This document shows positions 36,457 through 49,029 of a stretch of 64,000 bases of DNA, piece after piece. The notes below the pieces were generated by a model, which saw only the letters and a program-made list of their open reading frames with translations, was not told where the DNA came from and ran no database searches. The stretch comes from an uncultured Actinomycetales bacterium (lineage in GTDB: Bacteria > Actinomycetota > Actinomycetes > S36-B12). The stretch spans positions 3,147 through 67,146 of the forward strand of contig CAJXYI010000006.1 of the NCBI GenBank assembly GCA_913063435.1. Direction: 5' to 3'. Made by a program: the position numbers and the translations under genes. Position 1 is the first letter of the stretch. Each line of letters starts with the position of its first letter.

Positions 36457-37785
36457 ATGGAGTTCGATCTCGGCGCCTGGGACCCGATAGTCCGCATCGT
36501 CCCCTTCACCATCGGGGCGGTGTTATTCGTCCTCAACACCCTCAGCCTGGTCCGCACCATGGTGATTCCCCGGGCGATTCCCTCGCTGCTGGCCGCGGCG
36601 GTGACACGCCTGGTCAATAGGGCGTACACCCTGGCCGCACGACTGCACCCCAACTTCCGTCGACGAGATCGCATCCTGTCGTGGAACGGTCCCGTCGCAG
36701 TATTCGCCAATCTGAGCGTGTGGTTGATCATCTATGTCCTCGCATACGCGCTGATGATCTACGGCATCAGCGACTACACCTTCGCCGACAGTCTCGAGGC
36801 GGCGGGTTCCGGACTGTTCACACTCGGGCTTTTCGGCACACCCACCGAAAGTCAGAGTTTCGTGGAGTTCATGGCGGCAGCGACCGGGCCGGTCGTCATC
36901 GCCCTGCTCATCGGTTTCCTGCCCACGCTGTACAGCGCCTGGCTCGCCCGAGAGAACGCCACCTCGCTGCTGGGCACGATGGCCGGCGAGCCCGCGTGGG
37001 GTCCGGAGTTGCTCGCGCGCACCAGCCTGCTGGGTAGCCAGATCCGACTCCAGGACATCTTCACCTTCTGGACCGAATCAGCGGCGAATATCCGCCTCGC
37101 GCAAACCCTGTATCCACCACTGAGTCGCATGCGCTCGGCAATCGCCGAACGACACTGGCTGATCTCACTGCTCGCCGTGATCGACGCAGCGGCATTGAGC
37201 ACCGCGCTGAACTCCAAGGGTCCGCGCGTCCAGGCGCTGTCGTTGATCGAAGAGGGGTCCTTGACCATGAACGCCCTACTTGCGGCGGAATTGAGCCAAA
37301 GCACTTCCCGCACGCTGCGGCTTGCAGCCAAGCGGACCTTATCGCCTCACCATCACACAACCGATTTCTCCGAATATCTGCGGCAACTCGATCAGATTCC
37401 CTCAGATTCGACGGGTATCGCCTCGGTCCGCAAAGCCATCAGTACCGACACGTTGCGCACCGGAATGGGCACCGCAGGTGGCGACATCCTCGGCAGCGAA
37501 GCACATCCGATCCAGCTGACCCGAAGCGAATTCGATGAAGCGGTAGCCATGCTGACCAAGGCAGGTGTCCCGATCGACACCGACCCCGATAAGGCCTGGG
37601 CGTACTTCTCGGCCACGCGTCAACGTTACGAATATGCCGCCTATCGTCTCGCGATGATCTACGACGCGGTGCGGGCGCCGTGGAGCGGCGAACGCAAACC
37701 GACGACCAAGGTGATCCACCCGACCAGCGCCGTTGCTGAGGACGATGGCGCATCCAGTCCTGAAAAGCCCGACACCACACCGTGA
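36457..37785 (+). CDS. membrane protein of unknown function (N-terminal polytopic region plus a C-terminal soluble region)
   Basis: The track ORF was trimmed to the ATG at 36457. It has several hydrophobic helices in the first ~200 aa. No family recognised. GTGA overlap with the downstream UPF0016 gene. Confidence 0.55.
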   Translation: MEFDLGAWDPIVRIVPFTIGAVLFVLNTLSLVRTMVIPRAIPSLLAAAVTRLVNRAYTLAARLHPNFRRRDRILSWNGPVAVFANLSVWLIIYVLAYALMIYGISDYTFADSLEAAGSGLFTLGLFGTPTESQSFVEFMAAATGPVVIALLIGFLPTLYSAWLARENATSLLGTMAGEPAWGPELLARTSLLGSQIRLQDIFTFWTESAANIRLAQTLYPPLSRMRSAIAERHWLISLLAVIDAAALSTALNSKGPRVQALSLIEEGSLTMNALLAAELSQSTSRTLRLAAKRTLSPHHHTTDFSEYLRQLDQIPSDSTGIASVRKAISTDTLRTGMGTAGGDILGSEAHPIQLTRSEFDEAVAMLTKAGVPIDTDPDKAWAYFSATRQRYEYAAYRLAMIYDAVRAPWSGERKPTTKVIHPTSAVAEDDGASSPEKPDTTP

Positions 37786-38387
37786 GCTGGTGGGATCCCG
37801 GCGCTCTGGCCGTCGCCTTCGGAGTCATCTTCCTCGCTGAACTCCCCGACAAGACGATGGTGGCCACCGTCATCCTGGCAACCCGGTATCGGCGACTTCC
37901 CGTCTGGTTGGGAGTCGGTGCGGCCCTCGGGGCGCAAACCGCGATCGCCGTCGCCGCGGGCGGTCTGCTGTCATTGCTGCCACAACTGGTCACCCTGACG
38001 ATCACCGCGGTGCTGTTCACGATCGGGGCAGCGTTCATGCTCGTCACCGGCATCCGTACCCGCGGAATCGGTGCGGATGATGAGCCGAGCACAATCACGA
38101 CGACATCGAGCTGGCGCATGTTCGCGATCAGCTTCGGGGTGCTCTTCACCGCTGAGTGGGGGGACCTATCCCAATTGTTCACCGCGGGACTGGCCGCGCA
38201 GAGCGGTGCTCCGATATCGGTGTTCCTGGGCGCCTGGGCCGCACTCCTCGCGGTGTCGGGATTGGCCGTGCTCGCGGGAACGTGGCTCTCGCGACGACTC
38301 CCCCTGTGGATCGTGCGCATCGCCTCAGGTGTCGTTCTCGCCGCTCTCGCGGTGTGGACGATCGTGGAGTTGATCGCTCAGCTATGA
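37782..38387 (+). CDS. UPF0016 (GDT1/TMEM165/MneA) family cation transporter
   Basis: Two copies of the family E-x-G-D-x-[ST]-like motif (ELPDKT and EWGDLS) in a ~200-aa six-TM protein. Confidence 0.8.
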   Translation: MSWWDPGALAVAFGVIFLAELPDKTMVATVILATRYRRLPVWLGVGAALGAQTAIAVAAGGLLSLLPQLVTLTITAVLFTIGAAFMLVTGIRTRGIGADDEPSTITTTSSWRMFAISFGVLFTAEWGDLSQLFTAGLAAQSGAPISVFLGAWAALLAVSGLAVLAGTWLSRRLPLWIVRIASGVVLAALAVWTIVELIAQL

Positions 38388-38388
38388 C

Positions 38389-39168
38389 TCAGGCTGAGGG
38401 CTTCACTGCCTCTATCGTCGCGGACACGAGATAGTCGGTGATGTTGCGCCCCGGGGCCCACTGCTCCATGAAGATTTTGCTCTCGTCCTTGGGCGCGATG
38501 CGAATATCGGTGAATCCTGCCGCCTCCATGTGTTCGTGCAGGGCCTGGATCGAACTCGCGCCGGATATGCAGCCCGTATACATCGATAGGTCATCGGCGA
38601 CATCAGCTGGAATCTCCGCTGTGGCGACGACATCCGAAATCGCGAGTCGCCCGCCCGGCTTGAGCGCACGATAGGAATCGGTGAAAACCGCAGCCTTGTC
38701 CGGTGACAGATTGATGACGCAGTTGGAGATGATCACGTCGACGGAATCGTCGGCCACGGGAAGGTGCTCGATCTCCCCAAGGCGGAATTCCACGTTGGTG
38801 TAGCCACCCTTCTCGGCGTTCGCGCGTGCCTTGCTCACCATCGCCGGAGTCATGTCGACACCGATGACGTGGCCGGTTTCACCAACGGCCCGAGCAGATA
38901 GGAAAGCATCGAAGCCAGCACCGCTGCCGAGGTCGAGAACTGTCTCTCCGCTTGTCATCGACGCGATCGCGCCCGGGTTGCCACAGCCGAGACCGAGGTC
39001 AGCCCCTTCGGGGATCGCGGCGAGTTCCTCGTCGGTATAGCCCATGAGCGACGATGAGACGGGGATGACGCTCGACGTGCTGCAGCACCCGGACTCATCA
39101 GCCTCGGCGATCACCGCGTAGTTGTCGCGGACGGCCGTGCGAATCTCATCCCGTGACACCTGACTCAT
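38389..39168 (-). CDS. arsM: arsenite S-adenosylmethionine methyltransferase-like protein
   Basis: The track ORF was trimmed to the ATG at 39168 (MSQVSRDEIR...). SAM motif VLDLGSGAGFD. Cysteines sit at ArsM-typical places (ESGCC, LGCGNP, YTGCISG). Confidence 0.78.
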   Translation of the reverse strand: MSQVSRDEIRTAVRDNYAVIAEADESGCCSTSSVIPVSSSLMGYTDEELAAIPEGADLGLGCGNPGAIASMTSGETVLDLGSGAGFDAFLSARAVGETGHVIGVDMTPAMVSKARANAEKGGYTNVEFRLGEIEHLPVADDSVDVIISNCVINLSPDKAAVFTDSYRALKPGGRLAISDVVATAEIPADVADDLSMYTGCISGASSIQALHEHMEAAGFTDIRIAPKDESKIFMEQWAPGRNITDYLVSATIEAVKPSA

Positions 39169-39209
39169 GAAAATCGCCTTTCTCTCCGTTTGGATCTCGT
39201 GCTCACGAC

Positions 39210-40160
39210 CTACCGCAGAGTGATCTGACGGGTCTGCAATCCCGATCGTGCGCTGCGCTCGGCAGAGGTCAATGCAGTCGTGACCTCGTAGGCCTCGCTC
39301 AACCGAACACCGAAGGTGCTGGCGGCCTCCTCGCAGACATCCGCATCGGCGCCCTCGGTCAGTTCCCACACCGGAACGAGAAGGCCATCGGCACGGAACG
39401 ATCCGACGAAGCGACTGGGCACATCGGGCAGTTCTGCACCACCCGCGGCACGCAGCCGCGCCAGTGCATCGAGCAGGCGCTCCTCCGGCTGGGGCAGCAC
39501 CCACCTCAGGAATCGCTTCTCACCCATTTCCACCCAGTACGCGGCCTCGACGGTGGCCAACCGCACCGTCGGCATGACCTTCTCATTCGCACGACGCATC
39601 GATTCGCCGACATCGCCGCTCGGATCTACGTCATCGGCCATCCAGTAGTCGAAGGAATCATGCACGGTGACGTCGAGTGGAACGTGTGCGAGGAGATCCT
39701 GCAGGCGGGGACCGCTGCCGTCATGGCGCATCGGTGGGATCGGAGTTCCCGGTTCCGCATCGAGTGCCTGAAGAAGTGCCGCAGCCGCATCGCGGCTGGG
39801 ATCACCGGAGTTCGTCGTCACCTGCAGGGCGAGATAGATCTCGCCGGTGTCGCGGACCAGAGCAGGCCAGGCCATCGGCAGCACCGTGGTCAGCACCACG
39901 GTGCGGTCGGGATGATCAGTCAGGTGAATGGGTGCGGTAGCCGCGGGCACGATCTCGCGCAGTGCCACCCAGTCGCACTCACCGGCCAATCCTTCGAAGG
40001 GTCGGCCCACGGGTGCTTCCGTGCGGGACGTCGACCTGCCATGGCAGGCCTTGTACCGGCGACCCGAGCCGCACGGGCACGGTTCACGCATTCCCACAAC
40101 GGGGATGTCCGCTGCATCCCGTGGCGCGGCAGCAGGGGACTTCGCACGCTTCCTACTCAC
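39210..40160 (-). CDS. SEC-C motif protein (DUF5926-like)
   Basis: N-terminal basic region followed by the SEC-C zinc motif CPCGSGRRYKACHG. The start was set to the GTG at 40160, the first start after the upstream gene's stop. The start is uncertain. Confidence 0.65.
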   Translation of the reverse strand: MSRKRAKSPAAAPRDAADIPVVGMREPCPCGSGRRYKACHGRSTSRTEAPVGRPFEGLAGECDWVALREIVPAATAPIHLTDHPDRTVVLTTVLPMAWPALVRDTGEIYLALQVTTNSGDPSRDAAAALLQALDAEPGTPIPPMRHDGSGPRLQDLLAHVPLDVTVHDSFDYWMADDVDPSGDVGESMRRANEKVMPTVRLATVEAAYWVEMGEKRFLRWVLPQPEERLLDALARLRAAGGAELPDVPSRFVGSFRADGLLVPVWELTEGADADVCEEAASTFGVRLSEAYEVTTALTSAERSARSGLQTRQITLR

Positions 40161-40171
40161 GACGGGTGAGC

Positions 40172-40924
40172 CTACGGCGTGCGACCGAGCAATGTGCTCA
40201 CTGCCCCGGGCCGGTTGGTGATGATGGCATCGACATCCAGGCTGACGCACAGATCGACGTCCGCCGGCTCATCCACGGTCCACACGTGCACCTGGTGGCC
40301 ACGGTCGTGGATACGCGAGACGTAGTCGGGGTGCTCGCGCAGATACTGGATGCTCGGACCCGCGATGTCGATACCTGCGGGCAGGACGCCGTCGGCATGT
40401 CTTCGCGGTGGAGCATCGAACAGATACACCAGCGGGATCCGCGTCGATCGACGACGAGCTCGCTGCAAAGCGGCAAGGGAGAACGACATGATGCGGGTCC
40501 CCGCATCGACACCGAGTCGCCCGACTCGCTCGAGCACGTCGATGACCGCATCCTCCAGGCGATGCGAATCACGGGTGGGATGCTTCGTCTCGATCGACAG
40601 ACCCAGCGGTTGCGGGCCGGAGTCGGCGATGTCGATGAGCATGTCGAGAGTCATGATCCGATAGGCCTCGCCGTGGTGAACGTCCCGACCGTGCGGGTAC
40701 CTATGCGTATCGAGTTCGGCGAGGCTCAGGCGGCTCACCGCGCCACGACCGGTCGACGTGCGGTCGATGAGGGCGTCGTGCACGAGCACCAGGTGACCAT
40801 CGCGGGTCAATCGCACATCGCACTCGAAGGCATCGGCGCCCTCGCGTATCGCTAACTCATAGGCCTCGCGGGTGTGCTCGGGCTCGGCATGACTCGCCCC
40901 CCGGTGCGCCACCACCAACGTCAT
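40172..40924 (-). CDS. glycerophosphodiester phosphodiesterase
   Basis: The track ORF was trimmed to the ATG at 40924 (MTLVVAHRGAS...). GDPD motifs HRGAS and ECDVRLTRDGHLVLVHD. Confidence 0.88.
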   Translation of the reverse strand: MTLVVAHRGASHAEPEHTREAYELAIREGADAFECDVRLTRDGHLVLVHDALIDRTSTGRGAVSRLSLAELDTHRYPHGRDVHHGEAYRIMTLDMLIDIADSGPQPLGLSIETKHPTRDSHRLEDAVIDVLERVGRLGVDAGTRIMSFSLAALQRARRRSTRIPLVYLFDAPPRRHADGVLPAGIDIAGPSIQYLREHPDYVSRIHDRGHQVHVWTVDEPADVDLCVSLDVDAIITNRPGAVSTLLGRTP

Positions 40925-40927
40925 CTG

Positions 40928-40980
40928 TAGCCCTTCTTCGGGTAGAACGTGCCCGATTCGGGCCTGATTCGCCCAAAGTA

Positions 40981-40983
<3 letters not shown>
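40928..40983. repeat. family-1 element, copy 3 (right arm degenerate)
   Basis: The sequence is TAGCCCTTCTTCGGGTAGAACGTGCCCGATTCGGGCCTGATTCGCCCAAAGTACTA. Confidence 0.8.
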
Positions 40984-44734
<3,751 letters not shown>

Positions 44735-44737
44735 GGA

Positions 44738-45154
44738 TCAGCCGGACAGTGCAGCGGTGGCTTCAGGGTCGCAATCGTCGAGGAACGTCGCGCAGCGTTC
44801 TGCTTCGTCGGCCTCGTTGATCGCTGCCGCCGCCCGTTGCAGGTCGGCCAGGCAGCGCAGGAAGCCGCGGTTGGGTTCATGCGACCACGGGACAGGACCG
44901 AATCCTTTCCAGCCGTTGCGGCGCAGGGCATCAAGACCGCGGTGGTAGCCGACACGGGCGAACGCATAGGACTCCATCACGCGTCCGTCGGTCCACGCTG
45001 CATCCGCGAGCGCGGCCCATGCCAACGATGAAGTGGGGTGGCGGCGAGCGACGTCATAGGCGTCCGCACCGCCCTCGAGTTCGACTCTTGCATCGACATC
45101 ATCGGGCAGCAACGTCGGTGGCGGGCCACCCAGCAGGTTCTCGTGCAGGCTCAT
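44738..45154 (-). CDS. DUF3151 family protein
   Basis: 138 aa with the conserved block ARVGYHRGLDALRRNGWKGFGPVPW. Located beside the aldolase gene, as in other actinobacteria (from memory). Confidence 0.65.
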   Translation of the reverse strand: MSLHENLLGGPPPTLLPDDVDARVELEGGADAYDVARRHPTSSLAWAALADAAWTDGRVMESYAFARVGYHRGLDALRRNGWKGFGPVPWSHEPNRGFLRCLADLQRAAAAINEADEAERCATFLDDCDPEATAALSG

Positions 45155-45164
45155 GTCGTTCTCC

Positions 45165-46055
45165 TCAGGTGATGGATGCGGCGTAGATCTCGTCGATCGC
45201 TGCGCTCAACGTCGCGGTGAATTCCTCATCCGATTGCGCAGCGCTCAGACCCTCGGACAGCGCGCGGGAGAAGCTCGCGATCATGCCGTGGTTCGCGGCG
45301 AGGATGTCGCATGCTTCATCTCGGCTGTAGCCACCCGACAGGGCGACGACGCGCAGGACCTTCGGGTGATCGATGAGCGGGGCGTAGAAGTCGTTGTGGC
45401 TGGGCAGGGTGAGCTTGAACATCACCTGCTGACCATCGGGAACCGAATCCAGACCAGCGATCAGGCGTTCACGCAGGATGTCTTCGATCGCCGCCTTGGT
45501 CGGCGAGTGGATGTCGACCTCGGGTTCGAGGATCGGCACCAGTCCTGAACTGAGGATCTGCAGGCCCACCTCGAACTGCTGATCCACGACCGATGCGATG
45601 CCGGATGGATTCGCATCCTTGATGACAGAGCGCATCTTGGTGCCGAACACACCTTTGCTCACTGCCCGTGCCAGCAGTTCGTCGAGTCCGGGCATCGGTT
45701 TCATCACCTGCGCACCGTCGACCTCGTCGGCCAATCCCTTGTCCACCTTCACGATGGGCACCACGCGCTTGACATCCCACAGGTAACTCGGCGTCGGCAT
45801 GCCTTCGATGTCACGATCCATGGTCTGCTCGAACAGGATCGCCGCGACGACCTTGTCTCCGACGAATGCCGGATTGGTGATGATGCGTGAGCGCATCGCG
45901 TGAACGAGATCGAACATCTCCTCGTCGCTGGACCAGGCCGACTCCTCGATGCCGTAAAGACGCAGCGCCTTGGGGGTGCTGCCACCACTTTGGTCGAGTG
46001 CGGCGATGAATCCCCTACCGCTGCTCATCTGCGCGCGCATCTGCTCATTCGCCAT
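45165..46055 (-). CDS. fda: class I fructose-bisphosphate aldolase (Fda type)
   Basis: The track ORF was trimmed to the ATG at 46055. The N-terminus SGRGFIAALDQSGGSTPKALRLYGI matches the Fda-type class I aldolase signature. Confidence 0.85.
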   Translation of the reverse strand: MANEQMRAQMSSGRGFIAALDQSGGSTPKALRLYGIEESAWSSDEEMFDLVHAMRSRIITNPAFVGDKVVAAILFEQTMDRDIEGMPTPSYLWDVKRVVPIVKVDKGLADEVDGAQVMKPMPGLDELLARAVSKGVFGTKMRSVIKDANPSGIASVVDQQFEVGLQILSSGLVPILEPEVDIHSPTKAAIEDILRERLIAGLDSVPDGQQVMFKLTLPSHNDFYAPLIDHPKVLRVVALSGGYSRDEACDILAANHGMIASFSRALSEGLSAAQSDEEFTATLSAAIDEIYAASIT

Positions 46056-46165
46056 GTCAGTCCCCTTAGTCAGCACTGCCCATCGGTGGACGGGAGTCGG
46101 TGTCGATCGCGGTGCGTCCACCCTATCCCGCGGCCACCAGGGCCGACCAGCACGCCGATACGGTC

Positions 46166-47404
46166 ATGACCATGCCGTCCGCGTCCTCGTCTGATGCTCC
46201 GCTCCTCGATCCGCTGCCCCTACGCGCCGATACCCCCGGGGCCGCCCAGGTCACACATCTGAACAACGCAGGCAGTGCCCTGCCGCCGCAGATCGTGGTG
46301 GACACCCAGATCGCCCACCTGCGCCGCGAGGCCGAAATCGGCGGCTATGAAGCGCACGCTGAGGCAGTACAGCGTGTTACCGATGTTTCGGTATCGGTTG
46401 CCCGGCTGATGCGTTCCCGCCCCGACCAGGTGGCACTCGTCGAGTCGGCCACCGTGGCTTGGGATCGGGCACTGCAGGCGGTCGTGCACACCGAGCCGCT
46501 GGAGCCCGGTGATCGCATCCTCATCGCATCGGCGGAGTACGCCTCCAATGTGCTGCCGCTTCTGCAACTGGCTGCTCGCACCGGGGCGATCGTGCAGGCT
46601 ATCCCCGACGGACCGGATGGTTCGGTGGACGTCGAGGCGTTGACCGGGATGCTCGACGAAGACGTGCGGATCGTGTCGATCACCCACGCGCCCAGCCACA
46701 ACGGTGTGGTCAACGATGTCGTGGCGATCGGCGACGCCCTGCGGTTTTCCGGCTCCGCCGCCTGGTACCTCGTCGATGCCTGCCAATCGGTGGGGCAGAT
46801 GGCCGTGGATGCCTCGCGAATCGGTGCGGACTTCATCTCGGCTACCGGACGCAAGTTCCTGCGTGGTCCCCGAGGGACCGGATTCCTCATCGCCTCCGAT
46901 CGCGCGCTGACCGACCTCGAGCCCTATCCGCTGGACCTGCATTCAGCCACCTGGACCGGCGGTAGCGGATACTCGGTGGCACGTGGGGCTCGCCGTTTCG
47001 AGACGTGGGAGCGGTCCTATGCCGCGCTGCTGGGCATGGGTGCGGCCATCGATTACGCGCTGGACCTCGGGTTGGACGCCATCCGCGAGCGCATCGATTA
47101 CCTCGCGACCCGACTGCGAACGGAACTGGATGAGATCGATGGGGTGACGGTGCGCGATCGCGGGTCGGTGAAGAGCGGCATCGTGACGGTCACCGTGCCA
47201 GCACCGGGCGCATCCGAGATGGTTCGCGCCCTGCGCGAACGCGGCATCAACACCTCCTTGTCAACGCCTGATTACGCCCCCGATGAGTTCGCTCGGCAGG
47301 GGATCGAGTCGATGGTGCGGCTCAGCCCGCACGCCTACACCACCGACGAGGAGATCGACCTCGCGATCACCACCATCGCCTCCCTCGTCACGCATCCGTC
47401 GTAG
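46166..47404 (+). CDS. class V aminotransferase-fold PLP enzyme (cysteine desulfurase/epimerase-like)
   Basis: The track ORF was trimmed to the ATG at 46166. Fold-type I class V features include a probable PLP-lysine in ISATGRKFLRGP. Confidence 0.78.
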   Translation: MTMPSASSSDAPLLDPLPLRADTPGAAQVTHLNNAGSALPPQIVVDTQIAHLRREAEIGGYEAHAEAVQRVTDVSVSVARLMRSRPDQVALVESATVAWDRALQAVVHTEPLEPGDRILIASAEYASNVLPLLQLAARTGAIVQAIPDGPDGSVDVEALTGMLDEDVRIVSITHAPSHNGVVNDVVAIGDALRFSGSAAWYLVDACQSVGQMAVDASRIGADFISATGRKFLRGPRGTGFLIASDRALTDLEPYPLDLHSATWTGGSGYSVARGARRFETWERSYAALLGMGAAIDYALDLGLDAIRERIDYLATRLRTELDEIDGVTVRDRGSVKSGIVTVTVPAPGASEMVRALRERGINTSLSTPDYAPDEFARQGIESMVRLSPHAYTTDEEIDLAITTIASLVTHPS

Positions 47405-48080
47405 TCGGGGGTTGGTGGAAGGGGTGGCGGCGGATCCAGGCGTGCATCGCGATCGCCGCTGCAGCGCCCGCGTTGATCGACCGCGTCGACCCGTACTGGG
47501 CGATCGACAACACGGCGTCGCACGCCTCATGCGCCTGTTCTGAGAGACCTGGTCCTTCCTGGCCGAACAGCATCATGCAGCGCTCGGGCAGGTCGTAGGT
47601 TTCCAGTGGTACGGATCCGGGCAGGTTGTCGATCCCGATAACCGGCAATTCCTGCTCCGCGCTCCACGCCAGCAGTTCCCCGACGCTGTCGTGGTGGCGC
47701 ACGTGCTGATACCTCTCGGTCACCATCGCTCCGCGCCGATTCCATCGGCGCTTGCCGACGATGTGCACTTCGGCGACGTTGAACGCATTGGCGGTGCGCA
47801 CGACTGACCCGATGTTCATGTCATGGGCGAAGTTCTCGATACCGACATGCAGAGGATGCCGCCTTCGATCGAGATCGGCGACGATCGCCTCGCGGCTCCA
47901 GTATCGGTATTCATCGACGACGTTGCGGGTGTCACCGTGCTCGAGAAGGTCCGGATCGAGGCGAGCATCGGCTGCCAGCGCGCGAGCCCATTCCTCCGGC
48001 CCACCCGGCCATGGGGGGACGCCCACAGCCGCTCCATCTTCCGATGCGAATTCCACGCCGCCATTAAAGCGTTTCGTCAC
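47388..48080 (-). CDS. TrmH/SpoU family RNA 2'-O-methyltransferase
   Basis: SPOUT motifs LFGQEGPGLS and IAQYGSTRSINAGAAAAIA. Confidence 0.8.
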   Translation of the reverse strand: MTKRFNGGVEFASEDGAAVGVPPWPGGPEEWARALAADARLDPDLLEHGDTRNVVDEYRYWSREAIVADLDRRRHPLHVGIENFAHDMNIGSVVRTANAFNVAEVHIVGKRRWNRRGAMVTERYQHVRHHDSVGELLAWSAEQELPVIGIDNLPGSVPLETYDLPERCMMLFGQEGPGLSEQAHEACDAVLSIAQYGSTRSINAGAAAAIAMHAWIRRHPFHQPPTTTDA

Positions 48081-48117
48081 GACGCCTGATCACACGTGGA
48101 GAACCGTCGCTCAGAGG

Positions 48118-48897
48118 TCACGACGTAAGCAGGAAGCCCACCGATGACTCTTGGCCGTCGGTGCCGTAGGAGCTGGTCGTCACAGCCACGTGGACAATGG
48201 AACCGAACGACGTCACCGAGGAGTTCACGTTGGCGTCGAAGAACCATATGTAGTCTCCTGGTGCCGAAGCCTTCCAACTCCTCGATTGCGGCTCTCCTAT
48301 GGTCACATCGAATGTCTGCACAACCGAAGGCGCGACGTTCATCGTGATCTCGAGCGTGGCAAGTGACGGACTCGTCCATGTGATCGTGGCACTTCCCACA
48401 GGCTCCTCCACGAACTGAATCGGCAGAGTCTGCTGCACCGGATAGGTCGCCGCGTTATCGACGAAGATGCTGCCTGCACCGCGCATCGACTCCAGCGGGC
48501 CGTTGATACCGATCACCCGCAGCACGACACGACCATCGGCCACCCGGGCCCGCTTGATGTCCACGATCTGACTGCGCTCACCGGCGATGGAGATCGCCGC
48601 ATTCGGCGTCGAGTCCTTCAATCGTTTCGACTTCGCGGTCCACCCGAACTCCCGCAACATGCCACGCGTCCCGATCGACTCCGCCTCCCGCGCTGGACGA
48701 TCGGTGAAACGCGTCACCGCTGCCCGGGAGATCTCCACCCTCGCCGCATCACCCTCGAGCGGGGTGACCCGGATATCGGTGCTGTCGACAACGAACAGAT
48801 ACGACACATCCTGCGCCGCGTGCGCCGACAACGATGGGGCGACAAGCACCGAGGCCGCTACCGCCATTCCGCTCAGGATTGCGAATCTCCGCCTCAT
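48118..48897 (-). CDS. secreted protein of unknown function, paralog A
   Basis: The track ORF was trimmed to the ATG at 48897 (MRRRFAILSGMAVAASVLVAPSLSAHA signal peptide). By hand alignment, 84 of 125 ungapped positions in the N-terminal core are identical to the product of 51093..51908. Confidence 0.6.
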   Translation of the reverse strand: MRRRFAILSGMAVAASVLVAPSLSAHAAQDVSYLFVVDSTDIRVTPLEGDAARVEISRAAVTRFTDRPAREAESIGTRGMLREFGWTAKSKRLKDSTPNAAISIAGERSQIVDIKRARVADGRVVLRVIGINGPLESMRGAGSIFVDNAATYPVQQTLPIQFVEEPVGSATITWTSPSLATLEITMNVAPSVVQTFDVTIGEPQSRSWKASAPGDYIWFFDANVNSSVTSFGSIVHVAVTTSSYGTDGQESSVGFLLTS

Positions 48898-49005
48898 AGT
48901 GACCAGGTTCCCAGATCGCATCAGCGGAATGCCACACGAGAGACCGTCACCCCCCTTCGAAGGCGGCATGGGAAGTGCCGGGTCACGAGGAAATGTCGGC
49001 CTAGA

Positions 49006-49023
49006 CTGCACCACGTGGTGCAG
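49006..49023. promoter_or_regulatory. perfect 18-bp palindrome immediately upstream of the DUF368 gene
   Basis: CTGCACCACGTGGTGCAG is its own reverse complement. It ends 6 nt before the ATG at 49030, in the divergent region shared with secreted paralog A. Confidence 0.4.
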
Positions 49024-49029
49024 CCTGCG

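Noticed and set aside
38389-39504. N-terminal extensions of track ORFs. Examples are 38389..39504, 48118..49368, 17708..18631, 18337..18819, 39210..40250, 40172..41089, 28139..29113, 30336..31424, 23347..24270, 59237..60073 and 62087..62704.
   Set aside because: The extensions overlap neighbouring genes or repeat elements and are Arg-rich nonsense. Internal starts give family-typical N-termini or signal peptides, often with SD sequences or 4-nt stop/start overlaps.
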